A stretch of DNA of 61,002 nt, filler included. It is 11 parts of 11 records of this genome, joined end to end, with 100 filler letters (N's around TTAATTAATTAA, not from the genome) between each part and the next. Parts side by side here need not be neighbours in the genome. Positions count along the whole stretch, not along the records: positions 40,967 to 48,386 come from SRR15195285_5596; positions 48,487 to 51,721 come from SRR15195285_5598; positions 51,822 to 56,048 come from SRR15195285_5599; 8 more parts are not named here. One strand, given 5' to 3'. Under the pieces are notes generated by a model that was not told where the DNA came from, did not search any database, and saw only the letters and a program-made list of their open reading frames with translations. Below, in pieces: positions 41,341 through 53,824 of this stretch. Numbering within the stretch: position 1 is the stretch's first letter; every line of letters begins with the position of its first letter. The position numbers and the translations under genes are program-made.

Positions 41341-44300
41341 ATGCAGGCGTCGTCGCGCCTCGCCGAGGATGAGGCGGACGGCACGATGTGCACGCGGTTC
41401 TGCATGATGCAGTGCAGTGGCTGCTGCTGCATCGCGCTTGGTGTGATGCTCATCGCGATCGGTGGGGTCGCGCCGGTGCTCATCGACAGCATCATCGACG
41501 CCAACACGCGCCGCGCGGTGGTGCTCGAGTCGACGACAGAAGACCTGGACCACTTCGAGCGCTGGAGCACGTCACAGGCAGACGATGCATTTCTGAGCGA
41601 GAAGTTCTACTTCTTCAACGTCACAAATCCAGCCGCCGTGATGGCCGGGGATGAAGCTGCGCTGCACGACGTCGGGCCGTACGCGGTGCGCAAGGACAAG
41701 ACGCGACAGCTCAAACGTGCGCCCCAACGCTTGTCCGCCCCACTCTCCCGTGCGTCTGACTGACAGGGAGCGCGCCGCCTCCTAGGATTCGAGGATACTG
41801 CGGGCGAAATTACGTACGATGAGTGGCAGTACGTTGACTGGGACGCCGGCCGGACCGGGCCCGGCCTGGCGGCTGACGACAAAGTCACGACTGTCAACCT
41901 GCCGTACGCGATGATGCGGCGGTCGCTGCTGCCTGATGCGAGCGGGAACCAGGTCGAGGCCGACGCAGTCATACACGCGGGGCTCGGTTACTACCTACTC
42001 GAGCGAACGATCACAAGCGCGATGGGCGGAGGTGACAACAGCATATGGACCATTAATAAGGACCCGTCCGCCGACTTCTGCGACTCAATTGACTGTGGTG
42101 TTCACGGGACCTGCATCGACCTTGGAGTGTGCGAGTGCAGAGACGGCTATAGCGGCCCAGAGTGTAGGGATGCGCCGGATAGGTGCAAAGACATTGATTG
42201 CGGAACCAACGGGCTCTGCGATGGCAACACCGGCCAGTGTCAGTGCTACAATCGGTGGTTCGGTCCGCGCTGCGAATCGTACCCGCCGAGCGAGGACTGC
42301 GAAGCTTCTGAGTACGAGCAATCAACCTGTCGCAACTGCTGCATGCTGACTTGCGGCCAGACGAGTCAGAACTACGTTCAGAGCTCGTGTATCCAGACAG
42401 CGGCGGCCAGGGGACACTTTCTGGTGTCGGAATGTACGTGCGACTGGGCCCACCCGTGCAACATGCGGATCTGCTCAGACGTCGGTTCGAACTCCTGTAG
42501 TGGCAGTAGCTGCAACTGCAACACAGGCTTCGCAGGGACAAAGTGTGATCACTGCGCTACGAATCGATTTGGGGCGAGCTGTGACCCTCCGGCGGCTCGG
42601 CTAAACCCTCCGAATACCGCGCTCCAGGTCGAGTTTGACCACGCGGACATGCAGGCAATCGTAGGTGCTTTGCTTGTAGAACAGTGGGGCTACAGTGGGG
42701 AGGAGATCGAGGGAGCACGTCCAGGCACAGCGATCCAGGCATTCATCGAGTCAGACGGGGTGTCTTACCCAATCAGTGGTTTGTCCAACGAACAGAAGAT
42801 CTACCTGCGCCAATGGATCCTCTACCAAGTGGATCAGCTAGTATCGAATGAGCTGAAGAATGAGATGCTACTCACCACCAGGCCGGTGGCTGATTTCATC
42901 TATGGGTATAGCATGCACGATGCACTTGTGAAAATCTGTGCTGGGTGGTGCACCGAGCCGAGCCTTGTCTTTGGGTGGAAAGGGGAGGGTTTGATCGGGC
43001 CGTACCGCCATAATGACAACCATACGACCATAGGACGGCGCTCCCCTACTTTCGCTGTCAAGCGAGTGACTCGGCACAACACAGGAGTGAACGACTTATC
43101 GAGTGCGTGGATCATTACTATGCGCGACGGGGAGGCCACTGTCGATGAGTGGCCTGAGGACGAGGTTGTCCGCGGCAAAGACATTGAGTATGGCTACCTA
43201 GCGCCGCGCCTTACAGCAGAGGGCGTCGTCAAGGAGCCAGAGAAAGTCCATCAAGTGTGGGTAGAACGGGGCCTTCGTGCGGTGCCATTCGTTTACGAGT
43301 CCACAGAATCAATCAGCGGTCTTGAGGGCCTTTTGTACGCCATGGATCCAGATGCCTGGGTGGCTTCCGAATCAAATCAGCGAAGATATGGAATGAACGC
43401 AGACTGGGATCCAACCGGAAATGGAGGCACATGGCCGCTGCGACCGGCGAGCTCACCTAACTGTCCGGCTGAGGGCTGCTCACAAGGCTTGCGCTTACCA
43501 GGGTGTAGCTACTCCATGCCATACGCGTTTGCCAAGCCACCTCGCCGATCAGGGTACGTGTTTCAAGCAGGGCCAGAGCGAGTCGCGCGCCATCGTAGTA
43601 CGGGCACATCATCCAGCAGCGCTTTTCATTCTGTCCTGGTTGAGTCCGTGGACTACGATCACCGATTATCGCAGGCCGACGTTTTGCCTTATTCTCATGC
43701 AGGAGCAAGAAACGATTCCGACGCAATGCACCCGTCGTGGTCAGGACTAAGATCTTATATGCTGGTCGAGCCAATCACTGGGTTCATGCTGGAGGCGGCT
43801 ATACGCCTGCAACTCAATGTTGAATTGGCAGCAACGGGCGTCTGCATTCAACGAGCGAAGACCTGGGATGGGTCGGCATCCGTTCAAGAAGATGCAAGAA
43901 GATGCGCAGCTGTCGCCGATCTGGCGACTGCAACCGAGTGTGAGAGCGTTGAGACATCGGGAACTGACACGAACAATGGCGCTATTGCTTCAGTGGACGG
44001 CGGAGCGGCAAATAGTGTCACATTGAGCGTCGCCAATAGTGATATCTTGCCAGGACACAGGCTGCGCCTCAAGGAAGTTGAAGGCCTTGGTGGGTGTGCT
44101 GCGCGTCCGCTTGACCAAGAGCTGGTGGTGTCTGCCGTGAACGGTGCTGTCATTACATTCAGCACCGATCTAACTAGAGGCGACTCGGGCACCGCGCCTG
44201 CATGTCGGCTGACGAGAACAACGCAAGCGTGCACGTATAGTCCACACGGAAGTATATTTACTCGCGAAATGAAGCCGCAACTTTTTCCGATGGTGTGGAT

Positions 44301-44913
44301 TGATGTAGGCGGGCGGCAATCGGATCAGCAACTGGAGAGTTTTAGATCATCCGTGTACGGCGCAATCGACTTCGGCCAACGGCTTTCAGTTGTATTCATC
44401 CTTATGGGGGTGCTGCAGTCGGTCATTGGTGCGGCATGCTGCGTCTGCCGCTCGAAGCACATCTATGGGGGCGTCATCCCTGAAGTTCCGATCCAAGGGA
44501 ATAGAGCAGCCGATGCCTGGAATACTCCTGCTGTCGTGGACCCAACTGGCAAAGCGAGGAGAGGCAGCATGGACAGCCGACAAGGGAGAGGTCGATCGCG
44601 ATCACGATCGCGATCGCGTGGTCACTCCCGCGATCGGCCGTCTTCGAGAGCGTCGTCACGAGCTTCCTCTCGGTCTTCATCTCGCTCTCGCTCGCACGGG
44701 CGGCGCGACAGTGTCAGCAGTAGTCGTGGCAGAGACAGAGACGCCCGGGACCGAGGTCGAGACCGAGACCGTGCTAGTGTAAATGGTAGCCAACGTGGCC
44801 GAAAAGTCACGAAGCATCGATTGCCGAAGCAACCCAGGCCGCCGCGTGGGGAACGAGGAGCGCCGGGACCTAGAGGTAGAACGCACCAAGATAGACCATT
44901 GCAGGGATCATGA
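41341..44913 (+). CDS. CD36/LIMP-2 (scavenger receptor class B) family protein with inserted EGF repeats and an RS-rich cytosolic tail; intron 41717-41785
   Basis: N-terminal TM; KFYFFNVTNPAAVMAG...LHDVGPY; VTTVNLPY; LLTTRPVADFIYGY; SYMLVEPITGFMLEAAIRLQLN; PQLFPMVWID; C-terminal TM flanked by cysteines. Confidence 0.88.
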
Positions 44914-45105
44914 TGTTGCAAGGGCGTCCGATCGTCTGTAATCGATAAAGGAAAAGCCCGATCGACGATAATCGATAATGGATTTGGAAACAACTGATAC
45001 TAGTACGGTATATATCATTTTGCACACGCAATCTCGACAGACAGCCAAGCGTTGTCGAACTTGTCGAATAAACGGTATCTCTAGAGTAGAAAAACCAGGA
45101 TCGAA

Positions 45106-48100
45106 TCAGTGCCCTCCGCCGATGTGACACGCATTGGGGCCGCTCTGGCACTCGGAGCTGCACCGACCGGGTTGCCCGCGCCCTGCCGTGCACCAGCCGC
45201 AGCGCCCGTTGCACTCCTCGCACGAGGCCACAGAAGCACAACTGTCTGCTTGGCATGCTTTCAGGTCACCCCACGAGGCAGTGTCGCAAGACCGCCTGCC
45301 GTCAGAGCTGACGCTGAACTCGATCGTCGAGCTACCTGCTTCTGTTAGATCAATTTCGAAACAACTCATGCCATCATCTCCCTGCGCATGGTGCGACCAG
45401 AGCAAGGACTCATCACCATCGCCATCTCCTCGTATACGAAACGTCACAGATCCGTGGCCGTCGTTATGGCACCAGCCTTGCGTGCAGGTATCTTGCGAAG
45501 TACCACAGGTTGCAAGAGCGCAATCATCATCTGCGCAAAGCAACACAATCAGAAGCAGGTCAACAAGAGAGGTGCAAGGGGACGAGATGTGCAATGCGTA
45601 GAGATTGTATAGTGGCGTGGGGCGGACCACAGTGGCATCCCGAGGACGGGCCACACATTTTCGCGATTCCTGCACAACCTGAGATCCTGCATCACAACCA
45701 CATCACAAGAGTATCACACCAACAACTCCGAATTGCATTCAGTCATCACGTGGCAGGTGAGCAGTGCAGAGCTACGAGCCAGGCCGGCTGCAGCACGCTG
45801 CATGAAACAGCATGAGGATAATCTTACGTTTCCCACGTCGGATCGACATCGAACTGCAGCGTACTTGGAGCATGGGCAAATAGACCACGGGGAAAGGCGT
45901 GGTTGCCGATAATTAGGCCACCAGGCTCGAAAACTAGTCCGCCTGCGTCTCCCTGTGGGCCATCTAGCCACATGCCATCCACACCGTACGGCATTGGCCC
46001 GACTTCGACGCTCGTGGCCTCGACATCACTGCCAAGGTGGACACATGTCTCGCTCGACGACAGGTCGCCGGTATGATGCGTACAAATCCGAGCGAAGTCA
46101 CGCATTGCAGCCAACTTTTCTGGTTCAGATCCCCAGACAGTCTCACCGCAGTCTGAAAAGAAGGGTACAAATGTCGCTTCGCATCTCGCGGTACAATACT
46201 GTGGTATAAAGTCGATGGAGACTGCCACACCCGGCGCAGCATCGTCGTCACAAGAGCCATCGGTGCAGCAGTTGGTAGTAAACATTGTACCAAACGACGA
46301 CAACGCCGCCTGACATTGCCTAGTTACATCAACATTTGCAGTAGGTTTCCCGCTTCCGCAAGATGAAGGAGTCAACTGCGACCCTAGCAACTCGATGACG
46401 GGAGCAATCGTACTGAGTCCAACTGGCAGCGTGTCGACACAATTTCCTCGAGCTAGTGCGCTGGTAAGTTGTGCACATGTCGAAGAGCAGAACGCGTTTA
46501 CGGCCGTTGGCGAGACTAGCCCAGCGACGTCAGTGTCAGCACAAGCCAATGCTGCCTGTACAGCCAACAAATCCTGGCCTCAGTACCAGCTCACGTTTCA
46601 CTCAAAGCACTCTAACAGTGCTATTGATCAGCCGGACTGTTGCAAGAGGATAAGTGATTGGCAATGAGACTTACTGGCAGGACATTGTCGAAACTGCAAC
46701 TGTCGTCAGATTCGTGGCAGACTTTGAGGTCTCCCCATGATGCAGAATCGCAGTTTTGTGAACCGTCAGAGTCGGCGATAAAGTGAAGCTCTTCGACGCC
46801 GTCGAGCTCTATGCTGAAACAATTGGTAACGCCGTCCGCTGAGCCGCCGTCCATTGTAGAAGTCCACAAGTGCCGTGCGCCCGACACGATTGAGAACGTC
46901 ACTCTGCCATGATCAGCATCTTTGCCGCAGTCTGCCCAGTCGGCAAGTCCAGCACAACCGGATACTGTAGAATATTCTCTCAATCCAGAAAACACTACCT
47001 GATACGGGCAGCAATAATGTATAAGAGAGCGACAGAAGTAGGTGAGTTATGCATTATGTGTGCTACAAAGTAGGTACCTCAGAAGAGGCATGCGCAAAGA
47101 TACCCTTCTGGTACAGCACGCCACCGATGGTGATGGTTGGGGTGAAGATGTTTCCCCCTTCTGCCCCAGTTCGTGTGCCATCGACGACAAACTGCCCCCA
47201 ACCCACGTGCGTACTGGATGGAGCAATATCTGAACCTAGATAGGAGCAGGTCTCGGGATCTGCAGCCATCACGTCTGGGCGGTTGACGCACTGGGAAAAG
47301 AGTGGCGCTAGGGCAGTGTCAATTGTGTCATCCAAGCTAGACTCGCAGCCTTCGTAGAATGGCAAGAACCTGCCCGCGGCACGTATGATCAGCAATTGCG
47401 CCCATCCAAAGGAATAAGCAAAGGTTCCATAGGTTGCCAATTTAGGAGAAAGTGGCACGTCCACACAGGGACGCGCGCGTGTGAAACGCACTCGTTTGCG
47501 CACGCCTGCGTGCACGCATCTGGATATTGGTCGACGCAAGACACGCCGTCGCAGCAAACATCGTGGACTGTGGCGACGCTGCCAGCCACGGCGCGTCTTC
47601 CGCATCCGTGAACTGCAGCCCCACCACCTTCCGGAGAGGTGCACGCTTTGAGATCAGCCCAGCTTGCAGTATCACACGAGTGCGACCCCGCAGTGGCCGC
47701 CACAAACGTCAGTTCATCTACGCCCTCGACAGTCAGCTCGAAGCAAGCATGATCACCGCCGGCTCCGTACTGAGACCAAATCTGATCGCCGTCGGCTAGA
47801 ATACTGAATGTTGCGTCGCCATGATTGTCGTCCCGGTGCTCTCCTGGCCCTGCAAAGATGGCGATGGTGTGAGAATGAAAGGCGCGGATAGAAATACGCC
47901 CATCATTCGTTGCGATCCTGGCGACGCACGCATTGGTGTACCACAGTCCTCGAGAGTGGCGATGCCAGCGCAGCCAGAAACCGTCTGGTATGCTCCATCG
48001 AGGCTGAAGACGACGTTCGACGGTGCGTGCGCGAAAATCCCCTTCTTGTACTGGACGCCATCCAGCAGGATCCCGGACTGTCCAGGACCACGCTCAGCAG

Positions 48101-48254
48101 GCGTAAAGTCGACGTGGTAACTCTCCCACCCGACCTGAGCGCTACTCGCCTCCACGTCGCTACCGAGGTAATCGCACTGGACGTTCTGGGCATAGACTCC
48201 CTGCCCGACCAATGCCGCACCGGCGACCAGGAGCGGCACCCGTGATGCCAACAT
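45106..48254 (-). CDS. Secreted protein with three NPCBM/NEW2 carbohydrate-binding modules and a C-terminal PSI-like Cys module; multi-exon
   Basis: Signal peptide; three copies of (Y/H)LGSD...VG...G....G(I/L)FAHA(P/S)S (about 47990-48170, 47080-47250, 45850-46060), each closed by CD(T/S)ASW(A/G)DLK.C; terminal CASVASCEECNGRCGWC. Confidence 0.8.
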
Positions 48255-49058
48255 CACTGCGTTCACCCCTGGCTTACTAGTACCTGCGCCCCTGCGTGCA
48301 GTTCCCCTCTGAATGGCGTGCAGGGCGGCGGCTGGACCAGTAGGCAGTTAGTTGCCTGGACTGATTAGACTGTACGAGTGTGTACCNNNNNNNNNNNNNN
48401 NNNNNNNNNNNNNNNNNNNNNNNNNNNNNNTTAATTAATTAANNNNNNNNNNNNNNNNNNNNNNNNNNNNNNNNNNNNNNNNNNNNCGCGAGCAGCAGCA
48501 GCGCTGCTGGCAGCGCCCAGGTCATCGCCACGGCGGTGGCGACCACGACCGCTGCGGCAGGTCGCCCAATCTGCCTCAGCGCCTCGCCGCGCGCGAAACC
48601 CGGCTTACGGACGAGCTGGCGGTCTCAGCTCCTCCGTGAGGGGTCACGCAAGGGCGCTGATCCGCGCAGCAAGATTGGGCCTGCCGTCTCGTGCGGGCCT
48701 CCTGTCTCAGCCCCTACGCCACGCGGCCTTCCGCGCGCGGGACTGCACGCGCGCGCGCCCGCCGGGGCGCGGGTCGCGGTCGAAATCAGGAGTCAGACCT
48801 AAACCGCAATCCGCCCGGTGCTCTCAGCCGTTCTTAGACATTTTTACTGGTACAGTACTGGTACCGGTACTGTAATCACCGGTCCGGCTCCTACATGTAG
48901 GAATTCCTAAGGGGCGTGCTCACGCGGGTAGGATTATACCGTACTGGTATAATACTCGAGGTACCCGGGTAATCAGCGGTCTTGAATTATGAAATTCAAG
49001 TGAGATTCATGTCGCTGTCCCTCCGGCAGGCGGGGGCTGCTCGTGACACCGCTTGGCA

Positions 49059-51721
49059 ATGCCGCCCAAGAAGAAGCCGCGGGGGGAGAACGGCACTGCG
49101 CCGCACGACCTGCCGTCCGATGAGAACGAGCTTCGGGGCGACGCACCCCGTGCGCGGCGGGAAGCTCCCGAGCGATGTGCCGACGAGGAGGTCTGCAGCA
49201 GTCAGTCAACGCAGCCGATGTCCGACGAAGACGATTTCAGCACCGCAGCGGACGACGAGGTAGCAGAGGCGAAAGTTGGAGGCCCGCGGTCCGGGGACAG
49301 CACCACGGAGGATGACGACGCTACTGAGGAGGAGGACGAGGCAACGGCCATCGGCGCCGCTGCCGCCGCCGCCGCCGTACACCGTGAGGAAGGAGTGATT
49401 GGGGGAGACGACTGTGTTGTAGAGCAGGTCGTGACCGCTGCTCAGCGCGAGGTAGCGGCCCGTGCGGCTGCGGTTGATGTCGAGACTTCTTTGTCGCCGT
49501 CGGCTGCCCCTGTTGCCCCCGCTGCTGCGGCTGAAGAAGGCACCAGATCTGATGCGATCATTGACCTGACGGCTGACGAAGCGCTGCCGGAGCTGCCGCC
49601 GCTCCCGCCGGGCCGTCCGCTGACCGCGTCCGCCAGAGAGGACCTGGCAGCTCTGCGACGGACCTTCCACGATGTGGTTGGCGTGCGCCTCACGCGGACA
49701 ATGGCGGACGACGCTGCCTGTATGCGCGCCGCGATCGCAGCAGCGCAGGATGCGCAGCAGTGGCAGAATGGGCAGCGGCAGCAGACGCTGGTCGGAGCGC
49801 AGAGCGCAATCAAATTAGAGTCTGGCCGCTTGCCTGCAGCAGTAGCCTCGGTGCTGCCGCCGAACGCTCGGCGCATGCTGCAGCTCGATCCGCACGACGC
49901 AGTCACGGATGTGCGCTGCGCAAGAGCCACATTTTTCATCAGCACTCTCGAAGCAGCTCTCGGCCAACAGTCGGATCTATTCACGTCGTTCACCGGTATC
50001 CTCGAGGAGCACGAGAAGGGCCAGGTGACGATTGCTGGCGTGGTTGAGCAACTTAAGCGCCTGCTGCTGATCCAGGCTGACCCGCCGCGCAAGGATCTTC
50101 TCTTGCGAATGAACATGTTTCTGAGTGATGGGAATCGCATCACACAGGAACATGTGAAGCGCGTCCAGGAAACTGCGTTGCAAGAGAAGGCGAAGGCCGG
50201 AGATGCGGCGCAGACAGTCGCAACGCTGAGCGCGGAGCAGGAACGAGTTATCGCAGAGTTGCGCAGAGGCTGCAACGTCTTTTTTACTGGATGCGGTGGC
50301 ACCGGCAAGAGCCGTACCCTCAAGTCTGCACTGGCGTTGCTCAGAGACCAGTATGGCGATCAGTTTACCAAGCGAGTGGCTGTGACGGCCCCGACTGGTA
50401 TCGCAGCCAGTCACATCGGCGGCACAACCATCAATCTCGCAGCTGGAGTCGGGCTACCCAAAAAGCACGGTGACTTTGCTCGCATTTTTGGATTCCAAGC
50501 GCGCCGAGACCGACAACAAGCTGATACTGAAGAGGCCTCAGATCAACAGTTTCGAGGCGTCGACTTTCGCGCGCTGGAAGTGCTGATCGTAGACGAGGTT
50601 TCCATGTTATCTGGAGAATTTTTTGACGCATTAGATGCTGCTGTAACGAAAATGCGCGGAGACACAGCCCAAAAGAATATGAAACAGGCACAGTGTGCGC
50701 AGGACGATCCGGACGTACAGGATCCTTTTCAAGCATTTCCGGACTCTCTGCGGGATGGTGCGAAGATGGTGGCACTGTGCCAGGCGTATCAGCGGCTGAG
50801 CCTCGCTGTGTCACTTCATGATCGGCTGGGGGCAGACAGTGCACTATCTTTGCTTCCGCGGAACAACCTGGGTGGAGGTGATCTGCACGAGTCGATTGCA
50901 AGTAGCCTTGCCTGTATGTCCGGCTTGATGGCCGATAGCCGTTCTGACCCATCTGAGGCTGACGAAGGATTCCCAGCGGGCACTGCGGCAGGGACTAGAC
51001 AAGGCACACACCAGCAGGTTGCTACTGAAGGAGCAGGCCAAGGAGTAGACTCAGATATGGATAGCGAGGAGGAGCTGGCATCAGAGCTGGCTCAAGAGCA
51101 AGCTGCAGCGCGGGCCACGTCTGAGTTACACGCAGCTCAAACCCGACAGAACGAAAGAACAAAGCGTCCGTCTCTTCGAATATGCGCTCAGATGGAACGT
51201 ACTACCCGCCGGTGGCTTAAGACTGAGGTCGAAGGTGGCGCCGAGATTGTTGGACGTGTGCACTTTAAGTCCCTTGCCCTAGGGGGGATTCAACTGCTGT
51301 TCTCTGGGGATTTTTTCCAGTTGCCCCCAGTATCTCCACGTCTCCAGGTTCCAGCCGACAAGACCCGATTCGAGTACATTCGAGAACTTAGCGGCTTACC
51401 ACCTGCCGATATGCCCGTGGCAGAACGACCCAGCGAGGCACAGTGTGCTGCTGCGCGTGCATTTTTGTCACGAGGGCACGCGTTCCAGTCTGCAGCCTGG
51501 GGGCGCGCCGCCTTCGTAGATGTCGAGCTGCGGCATGTGTATCGGCAGGCTGATCGTGAAATGATTGAGCACTTGCAAGTGATCCGGACTGGTGGAGAAA
51601 TTGTTGGTGGGCTCAGTCGCAGAGAACGTGACCGCATTGCCGCAAACCGAAAGCGGGCGCAAGAGCGTTCAGCCCGGCGGCATCTGCTACGTGTACAGCA
51701 GCAGCAGCAGCAGCAGCAGCA
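49059..51721 (+). CDS. PIF1: PIF1-family 5'-3' DNA helicase (3'-partial) with an N-terminal PAH/harmonin-homology-like domain
   Basis: LSAEQ; NVFFTGCGGTGKS (Walker A); VAVTAPTGIAASHIGGTTI; LIVDEVSML (Walker B); GGIQLLFSGDFFQLPPV; AFQSAAW; LRHVYRQAD...LQVIRTG. Confidence 0.9.
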
Positions 51722-51821
51722 NNNNNNNNNNNNNNNNNNNNNNNNNNNNNNNNNNNNNNNNNNNNTTAATTAATTAANNNNNNNNNNNNNNNNNNNNNNN
51801 NNNNNNNNNNNNNNNNNNNNN

Positions 51822-53248
51822 CAGCAGCAGCAGCAGCAGCGGCAGCAGCAGAAGCAGCAGCAGCAGAAACGACTTGCATGAGCGATCCGACCTCAATCGG
51901 CACAAGTTGCATGCAGGTCTGTCCGTCTGATTTAGTGGACAAGCAAAACTTGGGGCTCGTTTTGCGGACGGGTACTACGTACCGTCGGATAGAGCAAGAG
52001 CGCCGCATACCGGCCGTGCAGCGACGCGTAGCTCAGCGTGCGTGTGAGCCACTCAGGCTCAAGTGCCAGGTGGTTGTCTCGAGCAGATATTGCAGGCGAG
52101 AAACGGTGCGAGAGGCTCCGACGTGATACGAGGTAGATCATGGCACACAGCAGCAGCGGGATGTGCCGGCTCAGTATCGCGCGCCAAAAGGCAGTGCCAT
52201 CCCTGCAAGCCGGAGAAACGCGCTCAGAATCACCTTCATCATTCCTGCTGTTGCTGACATTGCCCTTAGTCGTCGAGTCTGGCTGCAGCTTTAACTCTGG
52301 CTGCGCAATGTTGCCTCTGCCAACACAGCAGCAGGCAGTACGAAGCCGTCCCAGAAAATCTCCGTTGCGGAGGAGGTCATATGCCCACAGCGCCCCGAGG
52401 ACTGTGAAGCCTGTCTCTTTTGCGAGAGTGCTTAGTGTGAAGCAAACGCATGCGGCTGCGATAGCCGGCAAACCCCTTTTGAATCCGGCGCGGCGCCCAG
52501 CACGAGGGCAAGCGGCGGCGGTGAAACAGAGGAATGCGAGGAGTGAGAAGGTGGCAGACAGAAGCTCCGCGCGGCCGGCCACGTTGGCCACAGCCTCAAC
52601 TGGGCCACCATTACACAACACCGATGTGGAAATCAAAGCTTAGTGCACGCCACTAGCTTTGATACAAACTTGGTGCTCTTTGCGAGCAGACAACTGAGCA
52701 GGGAGCGCACCATGAACAGGGTGGACAGCAAAGAGCACACCACATAGTGCTGACGGCTGCCATTGCTGTCCACCGATCCCGCAGCGCTTAGCAGCGAGAA
52801 CGACCATCGCACACACGGATGCATGCAGAGCCAAGTTCACGGCGTGGTAGCCGCCGGGCTCCAGCTGATGCGTATGGAAATTCAGCTTCAGTGTCGCCAC
52901 AGTAACTGGGCGCCACGAAGTGTGAGAACGTGGGTCATCCAGAGAGGTGCCCCAGAAGTCGTGGAATAGAAGCGCTGTCCATGGAGTCGAAGGTCGCAGG
53001 TCTTCGTTCTTGATCACGAGGGCGCGGTCGTCGTAGAGAAGCCCACCGCCCAGCCCAGCGCCACTAGTCGCTGCGCCCAGCGCTCCTGCGAACGCTGCAG
53101 CGCGGCCGACGGATCCACAAGCACTCGCGCGCTCAAGCTGCACAGAGAGCCAGTCTGACGGGGCAGCGGTCGTAGTGGAGAAAGAGGAAGATGAGCCCAG
53201 AGATGTCTCGGCTGCTACTGTGCCCACGCCTGCCCGCCGCCGCCGCAT
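51822..53248 (-). CDS. TMTC-family protein O-mannosyltransferase (N-terminal GT-C/DUF1736 part; 3'-partial); intron 52600-52710
   Basis: YDDRALVIKNEDL...HDFWGT...SHTSWRPVTV...GYHAVNLALH...LFAVHPVH|VEAVANVAGRAELL...LAKETG...DNHL...LLLYP. Confidence 0.88.
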
Positions 53249-53824
53249 CGCTCTCGTCGCGCGCAATAGTATCCCGAACACGCACTCAAGAGTCGGACGC
53301 GTCTCCGTCGCACTGCGCGCGTACGCGTAGCGCGGCCCACCGCGGGCGCGCGAGTCGTCTATACTATAGTACTACGCGTACAATAGATGGCTCGTGGCTG
53401 GCACGCGCCGGATTTTTTGAGTGCATGTACGGTACACCCGCGTACCGTACTTATCCATAATCATAATAGTACCGTACAGTCACGGGAACTGTGCACATCA
53501 ACATGCATGAATACTCTACCATACCCGGCTAGTAGTAGTATGAAATACAGGTACGATTGATAGCTAGATCTACTAGTACACGGAATTCCAGTACACTGAG
53601 AATTCAGGATCATGCAATGAATGAGATCATCGCGCGGATATTGAGATGCGCGTGTTAAATATCGTCTATAATATACTGTATGTATGTCGTTCTATACCCG
53701 CCCGCGCGTGCCTCGCCCCGCTGCCGCCGACCGAAACCGTTTTGCCGAACGCTAGGTAAAGCACAATCGAGGCAGGCAGGCGCCACTTCGTCGCGCCCGC
53801 AGCACTGACGAAGCACCGAAAGAG

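Noticed and set aside
49059-51721. PIF1 as part of a Helitron
   Set aside because: No HUH Rep domain precedes the helicase, and the motifs fit a cellular PIF1.
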